A DNA stretch of 22,948 bases from Candidatus Poribacteria bacterium (GCA_046582655.1 JAYGDX010000119.1:1-22948); one strand, 5' to 3'; positions 1 to 9,434 are shown, counted from the first letter of the stretch. Numbers and translations are program-made. The notes: a model not told the origin generated them from the letters alone.

Positions 1-2
1 AT

Positions 3-182
3 TTTACAGGTCAAGAAATGGATTTAATTTTGGGAGATCAATTGAAATCAGATTCATTAGCACTCAATAAGCCTGAGAGATACTGGGTAACAATACTTTC
101 AGCCTATTCTGGTGCCAGGTTAAATGAGATCTGCCAGTTGAGCACCATCCGGAAATGTGCGCTATCCTTGATCACCCTTTAA
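3..182 (+). pseudogene. Truncated tyrosine recombinase/phage integrase fragment (open at left edge)
   Basis: Manual translation of frame 3 gives FTGQEMDLILG...KPERYWVTILSAYSGARLNEICQL, the box-1 motif of tyrosine recombinases (W..l...YtGAR..EI.QL). Similarity ends at about 140 and the frame stops at TAA 180-182, so the HxxR and catalytic Tyr motifs are absent. Confidence 0.8.
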
Positions 183-277
183 TACTTAGCCTAATCGGAG
201 GAGTTTTGGGTGAGTATTTTAATTATTGTGGTGGTGACAGAAACTATTATCCTGGAGACACTGGCTGGCATCCAGAC
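137..277 (+). pseudogene. Internal fragment of a phytanoyl-CoA dioxygenase (PhyH)-like Fe(II)/2OG protein
   Basis: Frame 2 reads VEHHPEMCAILDHPLILSLIGGVLGEYFNYCGGDRNYYPGDTGWHPD. This fits the 'l.hp.i...v..llG.d' helix followed by the WHxD iron-binding motif of PhyH-type proteins. It then switches abruptly to an unrelated family. Confidence 0.55.
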
Positions 278-896
278 ATGGAGGTTGGAGTCAATTTTGT
301 AGACCTGGACAACGATGGCTGCCAGGATATCTTTGTAACTAATGGACACTATGATAACGCGGAGGAAATCCATGAAGGAGTTAACACATTCAGTAGCTAT
401 GCTCAGTTGAACCACTGCTCCCTAAATCTTGGAGATGGAACTTTTACCGAAGTTTCCAGCCAATCCGGCTCAGGATTCCTGATAAATAAAGTCAGTCGAG
501 GGGGAGCCTTTGCTGATTACGATAATGATGGCGACTTAGATATACTGATAACCAACTCTAACCAAAAACTAGGTCTACTGAGAAACGATATTTCCAACAC
601 AAATCATTGGCTAACGATCTGTATCATTGGTATTCAAAGCAACAAGGATGGAATAGGTACGCGTATCAAAATCACAATAGGCAGGATATCACAAATACGT
701 GAGGTCAAAAGTGGTTCCAGTTACCTGTGTCAGAGCGATATGCGGTTGCATTTCGGACTTGGTGGGTCTGCTAGCGTTAACCAAATAGAAATTCAATGGA
801 CGAATGGGTTGGTTTAAAAAACAAGAAGTGTTAAGGCCAAACCAGCAGTTATGTCTAAAAGAAGGAGGAGGAACAGTAACGTCCGATACTCAGTAA
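278..896 (+). pseudogene. C-terminal remnant of a CRTAC1 / FG-GAP + ASPIC-UnbV protein
   Basis: It contains DLDNDG-DIFV and DYDNDGDLDIL Ca-binding repeats and the ASPIC/UnbV motifs GIGTRI and GSSYLCQSDMRLHFGLG. The N-terminal part is missing. A premature TAA lies at 815-817, and the typical tail (VKA-NQQLCLKEG...*) continues to TAA 894-896 after a +1 frameshift near 840. Confidence 0.8.
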
Positions 897-1265
897 AAAG
901 ATGTCAAATTGAAATCATTTTTGTTAAGCTTTTTATCCATCATTCATCATGTTTTAACATATGATATCCTATCATGGTTTTTTAGTTTACTTGAAACATG
1001 TTCGTATTATATTGCTCTCAATTTCCTGTGCATTATAAAACCGAGTGATCAAAATGTCATTTATAACTTGCCAGTGTGAGGGCTAAACGAAGTAGCACAA
1101 TGGCCACTGATATCATGGCCGCGCCACTTCATTTTATTTCCTCTCTAATTTAATTTACGCTTATATAGAACTTGAATCACCGATTCGGAAGCCAGCCAGG
1201 AAAACCAAGATATGCTTTTGCTCACTGGTGAGAAATTTGGTGTACGATTTTTGATAGTAATAATG

Positions 1266-2054
1266 CTAAGCATCCATAACAATTTTTCGCAGACCATCGC
1301 CATGTTCTTTCCACCAACTATAGAGAATCGAAATATCAGTTCCAATACAGAAGTGTTTGACTCCTATGTCAAGGTAACGCTTGGCTTGTTCTGCACTGCC
1401 AATTTCAGCTCTGGGTGATACCCCCATCTTCAACGCAGTTTCAAAGACTCTTCGTTCAGCAGCTTTTATTTCATCAGATCCTCTTTGACCAGCTTTGCCT
1501 ATGCTCATGGAGTAGTCAGCCCCACCCCATTGGATCATATCAACACCATTTACAGATAAGACCTCTTCCAAGTTGTTGACAGTTCCTTCTTTTTCAATCA
1601 TGATTACAACCACGATATCTCGTAGCGCCTGTACATATTCGGCTCCACCACCATATCCCATATAACAAAAGCGTCGTGTAGCCACCCCATAGGATCCGCC
1701 ATCTTCAGGGGTGTCCGCACGGCAGATGCGCACACATTCCTTCACATCGTCAACTGACCTGCAATCGGCAAACAAAACGCTCTGAAAACCAGAACCGATA
1801 GCACGCTGAGCGATAAACCCCCGCGGTTCTTGATCTACTTTAATCATGCTTGACATATCATAGAGTTCTGCTGCCCGGCAAAGATTGTCTAAATCATGAA
1901 GGTCAAACGGACCGTATTCCGCTACGAACTCGACATAATCGTACTCTCCCGTATGACCAATTACTTCCACAATAGAAGGCCAAGTGGTGTGGATATGAGT
2001 ACCAATTGATGGTTTCCCAGCATCAAGTAATTCGCGTAATTTATTCTTCCTCAA
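1266..2054 (-). CDS. HpcH/HpaI-family class II pyruvate aldolase-like protein (atypical active site)
   Basis: 262 aa with the N.L...L..G...IG start and the MIE and G.xD metal-ligand motifs. TTG start with AGAGGAG ribosome-binding site at 2061-2067. Confidence 0.85.
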   Translation of the reverse strand: MRKNKLRELLDAGKPSIGTHIHTTWPSIVEVIGHTGEYDYVEFVAEYGPFDLHDLDNLCRAAELYDMSSMIKVDQEPRGFIAQRAIGSGFQSVLFADCRSVDDVKECVRICRADTPEDGGSYGVATRRFCYMGYGGGAEYVQALRDIVVVIMIEKEGTVNNLEEVLSVNGVDMIQWGGADYSMSIGKAGQRGSDEIKAAERRVFETALKMGVSPRAEIGSAEQAKRYLDIGVKHFCIGTDISILYSWWKEHGDGLRKIVMDA

Positions 2055-2078
2055 AATGTTCTCCTCTACAAATTTGAA

Positions 2079-2504
2079 TTATCTCTTGATGATTAAATAC
2101 ATACCGCAACAAATAAGGACAACACCAATAACGTACTGTCGGCTAATGGGCTCCTTTAACAAAATTATACCTGCCAGACTTACCAGCAGTACTCCCCCAA
2201 GTCGAATTGCGGGAACTGCAACCGATAACGGTGCGTTTGCTCCAAAAGTTGCGTATAGTCCTAATGTTACTCCACTGAATGAAATACCAACTCCAATAGC
2301 TGCCAGAAAGCCAGATATTTGGAAAAACAGTGGAATACCACGGGTTTTTTCCAATAAAACCCAAGTTAAACCAATTGTAAACGTACAACACCCATATAGA
2401 AGCACTGCCAGACTGTTTGAAAGTCTGCCAGATGCCAACTTGACAAAGAAATCTGCTGAAGCTAACGCTAATGAGGTCAATAACGCGTATTGAATCCAAT
2501 GCAT
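2079..2504 (-). CDS. Small EamA/DMT-superfamily membrane transporter (single repeat, about 5 TM)
   Basis: 141 aa hydrophobic protein with APLSVAVP and LLKEPIS...IGVVL motifs typical of EamA. It lies 24 bp upstream of the aldolase on the same strand. Confidence 0.8.
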   Translation of the reverse strand: MHWIQYALLTSLALASADFFVKLASGRLSNSLAVLLYGCCTFTIGLTWVLLEKTRGIPLFFQISGFLAAIGVGISFSGVTLGLYATFGANAPLSVAVPAIRLGGVLLVSLAGIILLKEPISRQYVIGVVLICCGMYLIIKR

Positions 2505-2581
2505 TTGAACTGATCTTTCTTTTTTTCAATTAGGATGAATTTAGTGTTGGACTTACCTGTTTTCCATAATCTACGACATCT

Positions 2582-2610
2582 ATTTTAGCAGCAAGGTTAT
2601 GTTATTCCAA
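2582..2610 (-). promoter_or_regulatory. Putative sigma70 promoter for the EamA-aldolase unit
   Basis: Minus strand reads TTGGAA-17 nt-TAAAAT with TG at the extended -10 position. Confidence 0.5.
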
Positions 2611-2717
2611 GTATTACTATCGGAAATAAATTGGATTGTTAAAGGACAAAAAGGAGCTATCGATGTAAGGCAAGTTTTTTCGAGTTTGCCTATTAATTGT
2701 GATCTGAGAATGCTGCT

Positions 2718-2746
2718 TTGTCTAATCTGGGTAATTTTGGTAAAAT
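2718..2746 (+). promoter_or_regulatory. Putative sigma70 promoter for the membrane glycosyltransferase unit
   Basis: TTGTCT-17 nt-TAAAAT with TGn extended -10, ending 35 bp upstream of the GTG start. Confidence 0.5.
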
Positions 2747-2781
2747 ATAGAAAATGAAGTTTATTTTAAGGATATACCTGA

Positions 2782-4209
2782 GTGTCAAGAGATAACAGGA
2801 CATGGTGGCAGTTGCCGAATCGAGTTGATTATTTTATTGTTGGTACCTATGTTGTTCTGCTAGCATTGGTATTGAGAAAGCATGAACCGTGGGCAGATGA
2901 AGCACAAGCTTGGTTGATCGCTAGGGATTCAGGATTATTTGAGTTGCTTTTTCAGCGGTTACGGTACGAGGGACATCCTGGTCTATGGTACTTGATTTTA
3001 ATGATTCCAAGCAGGATTTTCCCTTACTATCCAACAATTCAGATTGTGGCTTTTTTAATCGCTGTTTCTGGTGTGTATGTCTTCGTCCGAACTTCGCCAT
3101 TTCCTGTTATCCTTAAAATTCTGTTTCCGTTTACTTACTTCATTTTCTATCAGTACGCTATAGTAGCTAGGAGTTACGTTCTCCTTCCACTACTAATTTT
3201 CCTGATTGGTAGTCTCTATCCACGGAAATCTGAACGGATTTATCTTTTTACACTTCTGCTTTGTTTGTTAGCATATACGAGTGTTTTTTCGGCACTTATC
3301 GCCATTTCCACAATGCTGGTTCACTTTCTGAACATTTTGCAGGTATGGAAAGAACTTGAGCCAGAAAACCGAAGACGACAAATGAGGGCATTTGTCGCTT
3401 TTGCGCTTTTTCTATTATTGATGGCCATCCAACTGTGGCAACCACCCAATTCATCCTTCGCCAGAAACTATCATTTTGGACTAAGCCGCATCACATCCAT
3501 GTTTTTGAAAGTGTCGGACGAGATCCTCTTCGAAGTTAAGCCGTTATCATACTTGGCTCTAGCCATTTCGTGCCTATGGTTTTGGTCTCGGCGTGTGTTG
3601 CTATTGTACTTGCTATCGTCACTTTCGATCATCCTTTTGTTTGCCATCAAATATTATAATTCATGGCATCAGGGTATTCTGTTTTTGGCATGGATCCTGC
3701 CAATGTGGATCAGCTTTCAGAGATTGGACTCGTCAGCTAGAATCTCAAGGATCTATTTCAGTCGAATTGCAATCACAACTTTCGCTGGCGTTTTCATTCT
3801 ACACATGTATTGGGCATATTCTTCCTCAATTTCAGATTATCATGGGAGTTATTCTGGTGGACAAGCTGTTGCAAATTACATTGAGGAAAATAACCTTTCC
3901 GATACCAAGATCTATGCAACCCGCTTTTGGTCGACATCCATCCTCCCGTTTTTCGGTAAGAATATTTTTGCTAATCACAACAATGGTCGAAGACCTGCAT
4001 TCTGGTTTTGGTCGGATGATAACAAACACAACAACAATTTAGTCCTAATCCTTGAAGAACAACCAGATTTGATTATCATCGGTCGACCAGCGGAACCACT
4101 GTCTGAGATTGATGGTTATCAAGCGGTTGGCTTGTTTGAAAGCAATCTGTATTGGAAAAACCAGATCAAAGAGAAGAATCACTTTGCAATATATCTGAAA
4201 ACCGAATAA
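2782..4209 (+). CDS. Polytopic membrane protein, probable GT-C-fold glycosyltransferase
   Basis: 475 aa with about 11-12 hydrophobic segments. It has HEPWADEAQAW (acidic DE pair after TM1), YEGHPGLWY and ARSY motifs and a C-terminal soluble domain, matching GT-C architecture. Confidence 0.7.
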   Translation: MSRDNRTWWQLPNRVDYFIVGTYVVLLALVLRKHEPWADEAQAWLIARDSGLFELLFQRLRYEGHPGLWYLILMIPSRIFPYYPTIQIVAFLIAVSGVYVFVRTSPFPVILKILFPFTYFIFYQYAIVARSYVLLPLLIFLIGSLYPRKSERIYLFTLLLCLLAYTSVFSALIAISTMLVHFLNILQVWKELEPENRRRQMRAFVAFALFLLLMAIQLWQPPNSSFARNYHFGLSRITSMFLKVSDEILFEVKPLSYLALAISCLWFWSRRVLLLYLLSSLSIILLFAIKYYNSWHQGILFLAWILPMWISFQRLDSSARISRIYFSRIAITTFAGVFILHMYWAYSSSISDYHGSYSGGQAVANYIEENNLSDTKIYATRFWSTSILPFFGKNIFANHNNGRRPAFWFWSDDNKHNNNLVLILEEQPDLIIIGRPAEPLSEIDGYQAVGLFESNLYWKNQIKEKNHFAIYLKTE

Positions 4210-4249
4210 AGCAAGCTATGTTGATTCTTTTCAATCCATTTGTTTTGAG

Positions 4250-4548
4250 ATGAAAATCCTTCATCTTGTGGACGGGTAAGTGTAGTAGCTGAGCGATTGT
4301 TTGCAGATGGCCGATTTTCTCAACCGATAGGTGCATTATTGCCTTGACAGTTTAGGATAGCATCGGACTAGTTGTTGATTACTTCACCAAGCCAATTCAA
4401 AAAGCAATTTTACAGTTGTTAACATATTCAGGAGTTGTACAATTGGTTCTCCTACAACTGCCGAGTATGTAGAGAAGGATTCTCAGTCGATAAAATTGTT
4501 GATCAACTTGAAGAAATATATAAAAATTCAACAGGAGTTTATACATGA
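4250..4548 (+). pseudogene. Collapsed remnant of a GT4 (GT-B) glycosyltransferase
   Basis: Across frameshifts it reads MKILHLVD, AER.LQMADFL, then GLVVD...IQKAILQLL and FSVDKIVDQLEEIYK. These resemble GT4 N- and C-terminal signatures, with the middle deleted. Its TGA (4546-4548) overlaps the next ATG (ATGA). Confidence 0.6.
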
Positions 4549-5312
4549 GTACACCATGGCTAAACGGTTGTAATGGGGCGATATCACTTAGTTTTGATGA
4601 TGGATCTCAAACTCAGCTTGACATCGCAATTCCGATTCTTGATGAGTTTGATTTACGCGGCACTTTCTATATAAATCCGCGTGATACTTCCAATCTTGAT
4701 CCGTGGCGGCAGGTTGGCCTCAACGGACATGAAATCGGTAATCATACAATTCAACATATTTGTACCCAGAACTTTGATTGGGCTGCACAAAAGACCCTTG
4801 AGACATCGACACTTGATGAGATTGAAGCTGATGTTGTAGAAGCGGAACGAAGACTTCAAGAATTATTGCCAGAACAACCTAACCGAACCTTTTGCTATCC
4901 ATGTTACCAAAATTATGTGGGTCAGGGCTTAAACCGGAAAAGTTATGTCCCCATGATTGCCAGACATTTTCCGGCCGCTCGTGGTACTGGAGAAACGGCC
5001 AATCATCCGCTGTTTACAGATCTACATTATTTGACTTCGTGGATTGTGGCGGGATGGATGACAGGAGAGGATTTATGTAAAGCAGCGGAAACGACTGACA
5101 GTCACCAACGATGGATTATCTTTGTTTTTCACGGATTTCAAGATGGTTTAGCATCCGTCTGGAATCCAGCTGGCACCTACCATGCTGGCGCATTTTCAGG
5201 CGGTGAATTCCGAAAACTGTGCGAATTCTTGGTGGATAATCGCCATAGATTATGGACCGACACAGTCGTGAACGTTTCTCAAAGTATCATCGATTGGAGA
5301 AAATCGCTTTAA
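4545..5312 (+). CDS. Polysaccharide deacetylase family (NodB homology, CE4-like)
   Basis: SLSFDDG, GTFYIN, GHEIGNHTIQH and FCYP motifs, plus AGGAG ribosome-binding site. Confidence 0.88.
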   Translation: MSTPWLNGCNGAISLSFDDGSQTQLDIAIPILDEFDLRGTFYINPRDTSNLDPWRQVGLNGHEIGNHTIQHICTQNFDWAAQKTLETSTLDEIEADVVEAERRLQELLPEQPNRTFCYPCYQNYVGQGLNRKSYVPMIARHFPAARGTGETANHPLFTDLHYLTSWIVAGWMTGEDLCKAAETTDSHQRWIIFVFHGFQDGLASVWNPAGTYHAGAFSGGEFRKLCEFLVDNRHRLWTDTVVNVSQSIIDWRKSL

Positions 5313-5382
5313 AATTATTCCATAATCCAGTTACAGCTAAAATAAATCAGTTTTTATTTGATTGGGATAATAGCAGATCCAG

Positions 5383-6594
5383 CTATGGGATCGACCAGCC
5401 TGATGTTGGTTCAGTCCTCATTTGCTCTATAGCGTACAGTTCAGCAACGGTGATTTCCCGCCCAAGTTTGGCTGAGAGAAGTGCTCCACTCATGATTTCC
5501 ATTACCTTTTGACCGTCTTCTCCACAACTGATTGGGTTTTTATCACTGGTACAGGCATCAAGAAAGTTACTAATCCGGCTTGAATTCGGCATGTCCGGAA
5601 CATCCAATTGTCCCTCAACTATCTTTCCATCCTGTTCAACAAGTAGTGTGTCCCCTCTGAAGGCACCTTTGGAGCCAAAGATAAAAATGCCTTGGGGTAA
5701 ACCTGAAATATTTGTTGCCCATCCTTTTTCGAATGTAAAAGACATGCCGTTTTTAAATCGAACGAATATGGATACATGTTCCTCAACGTCATAGATATCA
5801 ACTTTGCTGTCCGTGGGCCTATCGATACCACGGTAGGCAGTGGCACTTACAGTTGCAGGTTGTGGATCCCCCAGAAGATAAAGTGTCTTGTCAATGTCAT
5901 AGACACCCGTATCATAGAGTGCTCCGCTGCCCGCCTTAGTTGAATCAATAAACCATGGCGAACCTAGCATCATATCTATGCCGGGACGGCCACGAACCCT
6001 AAAACTTGTCATACGACCGTAATAAACATCACCGATCTTTCCAGAAGTGATGTAATCGCGTATGGCGTAATTGGTTCCACCAAGACGTGTACCCCCACTT
6101 TGGTATCCTAATTTGACACCCGCTTGGTTACATGCATCGCACATGGCTTTGGCTTCTGTTGCAGTCATCGCCATCGGTTTTTCACAGTAGACATGTTTTC
6201 CTGCCTGTGCAGCTGCAATGGCAGCTGGGGCATGAACAAACGGCGGCGTGCAAATACTAATCGCATCCAGATTCGGGATATTCAACATTTCGTTATAGTC
6301 GGTGAAGATTTGAATCTGCTCCTCATTGTACTGTTCAAGGTACTTCCGTTGGGTTGTTAACCGCTCCTTTTCTTCAGACGTTTCTGCTGTCTCTGTTTGT
6401 TCAGTTAGCTGCTGAATCCGTTTGGAAGATTCTGACATAATACTCCCTACTCTATTCTGCGCCCTCTCCTCCAGGACATCGCAAACTGCTTGAATTTGCA
6501 CTCTTTCGGGGAAATTCAGGTAACCGTTTACATGGGAACCTGATATAGCTCCACAACCTATAATTCCAACTCCCAGTCTTTTTTCCATTTCCAT
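5383..6594 (-). CDS. Gfo/Idh/MocA family NAD(P)-dependent oxidoreductase
   Basis: IIGCGAIS Rossmann motif, CTPPFVH, GKHVYCEKPMA and GALYDTGVYDID. Confidence 0.92.
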   Translation of the reverse strand: MEMEKRLGVGIIGCGAISGSHVNGYLNFPERVQIQAVCDVLEERAQNRVGSIMSESSKRIQQLTEQTETAETSEEKERLTTQRKYLEQYNEEQIQIFTDYNEMLNIPNLDAISICTPPFVHAPAAIAAAQAGKHVYCEKPMAMTATEAKAMCDACNQAGVKLGYQSGGTRLGGTNYAIRDYITSGKIGDVYYGRMTSFRVRGRPGIDMMLGSPWFIDSTKAGSGALYDTGVYDIDKTLYLLGDPQPATVSATAYRGIDRPTDSKVDIYDVEEHVSIFVRFKNGMSFTFEKGWATNISGLPQGIFIFGSKGAFRGDTLLVEQDGKIVEGQLDVPDMPNSSRISNFLDACTSDKNPISCGEDGQKVMEIMSGALLSAKLGREITVAELYAIEQMRTEPTSGWSIP

Positions 6595-6729
6595 ACCCTT
6601 TGCTGATCCTGTAAATATTCAATAACTGATGCAGGCGATTACATCCGGTAATGTTGAAGATCTACATCATATTACTACGAGACAATCTTTTTTGGAAGTC
6701 CAAGTAAATAAATCTAATAAATCTAGGGA

Positions 6730-7974
6730 TTATTCGTATCGTAATGCCTCGGTAGGTTGCAGACGTGAAGCTTTGATTGCCGGATAGAGCCCAAATGTAA
6801 CGCCAATTACGGTTGAAACCAAAAAAGCTGCTGCCGCTGCGTTAATTGAAAATGACGCTGGCCACTGAGTGTCTTTGATCAAAAACTTAGTTACCGCCAA
6901 GGCTGCCCCAAATGTTAGACCACTACTGATAAGTATACCAATTGTTCCTCCTATGATGCTTAAAAGAACTGATTCAAGTAGAAACTGCAAACGAATATCG
7001 AGACCCTTGGCACCAACTGCTTTACGTAAGCCAATTTCGCGTGTCCGTTCGGTAACAGATACCAACATGATGTTCATGAGACCAATGCCTCCAACAAATA
7101 AGGAGATTCCTGCCACACCTGCCAACAGCAACTGAAGTATTTTACTAACATATCCAACTTGCTTAATTATTTCTTGAGCAATAAAAAAATCGAAATATTC
7201 TTCTGATTTATGCAGGCGACGCAAAGCAACTTTAAGTTCGGCTACAGCTTGATCTACTAAATCTATATCGGCGGCTTGTATCCAAAAATGGAGTCCGCTA
7301 TTTTGTTTGCCAGTAAAGCGTGTTTCCATGGTTGTAAGTGGAATCAAAACCCGGTTGTCCCAATCTGTAGTTGCCATTTTATTCCCTTTTTCAATCATGG
7401 TGGCAATAACGGTGAAACGCTGATCTGAAATTCGCAGGATTTCGCCTATGGGATCAATGTCTCCGAAAATATCCTTGCGAACTTTGGAACCAATTGCACA
7501 TACCATTCGATTTTCGGTCAGATCCTGTTCTTTGAAAAAGTAACCAGATTCAACAGGCCAGTTACGTCCCTCGGAATACATTGGCGTTACCCCTTCAACA
7601 TCAACAGATTTATTCTGACCACGATATAAGACAGTTTTTCCGCCCGATCCGATAATGCCTGAAATGTTTTTTATTGAAGGGCAGAAGTTGGAAATTGCCG
7701 AGATATCTTGATATTCCAACCGTTCGGTAGTTTTATTGCGAACCCATTTTCCGTCTTTGTCTTTTATCTCACCAGGACGATATAAAACGATCGTCGTGGC
7801 ACCACCAATTCGGTCAAATTCTGCGATGACGAAGTATTTCAACCCACCGCCGACAGACACCATTGCCACAACGGCAGCAATACCGATGATAATACCAAGG
7901 ACAGTAAGGAGAGATCGCAACTTATTTCGTCGAAGAGCCGATAAGCTGACGCTTAGCCCTTGCATAATGCGCAT
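6730..7974 (-). CDS. MacB/FtsX-family ABC transporter permease (no fused ATPase)
   Basis: NKLRSLLTVLGIIIGIAAV, a periplasmic domain, GGIGLMNIMLVSVTERTREIGLRKAVGA and PAIKASRLQPTEALRYE. Start is either ATG 7974 or GTG 7983. Confidence 0.92.
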   Translation of the reverse strand: MRIMQGLSVSLSALRRNKLRSLLTVLGIIIGIAAVVAMVSVGGGLKYFVIAEFDRIGGATTIVLYRPGEIKDKDGKWVRNKTTERLEYQDISAISNFCPSIKNISGIIGSGGKTVLYRGQNKSVDVEGVTPMYSEGRNWPVESGYFFKEQDLTENRMVCAIGSKVRKDIFGDIDPIGEILRISDQRFTVIATMIEKGNKMATTDWDNRVLIPLTTMETRFTGKQNSGLHFWIQAADIDLVDQAVAELKVALRRLHKSEEYFDFFIAQEIIKQVGYVSKILQLLLAGVAGISLFVGGIGLMNIMLVSVTERTREIGLRKAVGAKGLDIRLQFLLESVLLSIIGGTIGILISSGLTFGAALAVTKFLIKDTQWPASFSINAAAAAFLVSTVIGVTFGLYPAIKASRLQPTEALRYE

Positions 7975-8234
7975 GGGACACACCTAAATCAGATTGTTTG
8001 CAACTGTTTTTAGACGAAATGGGCAATTAGAAGATTAGGCGAAAGCATTGGCTTAATAACCTAATAATCATTAGAACAACTTGTTTGTTTTATTCTGACC
8101 TTGATAATACAACTACTCACAATGGGGATTTTATGAAAAGGCAACATAGCCTTACTGACTGATCGAAAAAAACATAAGTTTTAATCAATCAACCACACGA
8201 GATTGATTGCTGGCAGACAGTTAAACCTCAACAA

Positions 8235-9434
8235 CTAAAAATTATCCGTTGGCCAATATAACAACTGGTCTGGAGGGAACAAAATTGACAGGATCGGGTA
8301 CTTGATCAAGACGGAAGAAGCATCCAGTTCACCGAAAATCAACTGTAAGACTTGCAATTGACTCAGCTTTAAGTCAATGGTTGGTGCGTCGGTTTCAGGA
8401 TCAACTTCAATCTTACCATCGCTAATGGTTAGTGTTTGTGCCTCCAATTCATACTGAAGCCGAATTTGTCCCTGCCAACCTATCAGGTCGGAGGAACGCA
8501 ACCGATTCTCCAGCATCGGAACCAGTTTGACAAGCAACGACCTGAAGTTGGTGATCCGAAACATGAAATACCTCTGTTCATCAGTCGAAGATGCAATACC
8601 CAACTGATCTAAGGCCTGTTGGATCTCAGTATAGTCCTCCACCCGGATTGTCTCCTGGCCTGTTGCTATCCGATTCTGCAGGAAATGTCTCACCAACTGG
8701 TTAAGCGCTAGCCTATCGTTCACCGGGTTCGATCGACAACCGACTTCCAGAATATCCTTATTCCCACCTTTCAAATAAGCAACGATTTTCCCTTCTTGCC
8801 TGGCCACCCAAAACAGGTCTGGGTCCTGCCCTCGCCATTTTGGCTGGTTTCGCCAATAGGTCTGATCCCGAACCGTGGTGCCGGTACGGCTTTGATTGAA
8901 TTGGTCGTAGATCAATATTACTTCGGGCAGATCGGTTTCGACATCGTATTTCTCGACCAACACCTCGGCGGCAGTCTCCTGTTTGGGCAAATTCGATAGA
9001 TTTATAGAACGAAAAGTGACCGGATAAGTGACCCAACCCGCTTTGGCATAATGGTCATTGATGCCAGTAAACAACAGTGACAAATCGAAGCAGGAGGTGG
9101 CTAAATGGTTGGCTGTATCCAACAGCACTTGCGACGAATACCCCTTTTTGCGATGGTCGGGATGGGTGCCCACACTGCCCAATCCTCCCATCCTCACAAC
9201 GCTGTTTCCAATCCGCATGGGTCGCTCGAAGATCACCACCACACTGGCAACCCGGCCATCGACAAAGCAGGCACGCGTATTGTTCAAATCGTACCAGGGG
9301 TCAAACTTCACAATGCGGCTGAAAAAATGGTCCTCAGAGAATCCCCCCTCTGACCAATTAAAAGCGCACATACTGCAATAAATTGAATCGTTGAGTTCCT
9401 CTATATTTTGGGGAGCTCGGTAGTCGATCTGCAT
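8235..9434 (-). CDS. Eis-like GNAT acetyltransferase with C-terminal SCP2-like domain
   Basis: GGLGSVGTHPDHRKKGYS acetyl-CoA motif A and LSLLF...YAKAGW, then a second GNAT-like domain and an SCP2-like tail, 399 aa. GGGAGG ribosome-binding site. Confidence 0.88.
   Translation of the reverse strand: MQIDYRAPQNIEELNDSIYCSMCAFNWSEGGFSEDHFFSRIVKFDPWYDLNNTRACFVDGRVASVVVIFERPMRIGNSVVRMGGLGSVGTHPDHRKKGYSSQVLLDTANHLATSCFDLSLLFTGINDHYAKAGWVTYPVTFRSINLSNLPKQETAAEVLVEKYDVETDLPEVILIYDQFNQSRTGTTVRDQTYWRNQPKWRGQDPDLFWVARQEGKIVAYLKGGNKDILEVGCRSNPVNDRLALNQLVRHFLQNRIATGQETIRVEDYTEIQQALDQLGIASSTDEQRYFMFRITNFRSLLVKLVPMLENRLRSSDLIGWQGQIRLQYELEAQTLTISDGKIEVDPETDAPTIDLKLSQLQVLQLIFGELDASSVLIKYPILSILFPPDQLLYWPTDNF

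Noticed and set aside
155..817. 220-aa ORF as a genuine intact gene
   Set aside because: It is a fusion of two unrelated fragments and ends at a premature stop before the family's normal C-terminus.
2056..2529. ORFs 2056-2493 (+) and 2143-2529 (-)
   Set aside because: They are antisense or alternate-frame shadows of the EamA gene with no recognisable motifs.
8183..8208. AATCAATC/GATTGATT inverted repeat downstream of the GNAT gene as a terminator
   Set aside because: The stem is AT-rich with a 10-nt loop and has no U-tract on the relevant strand.
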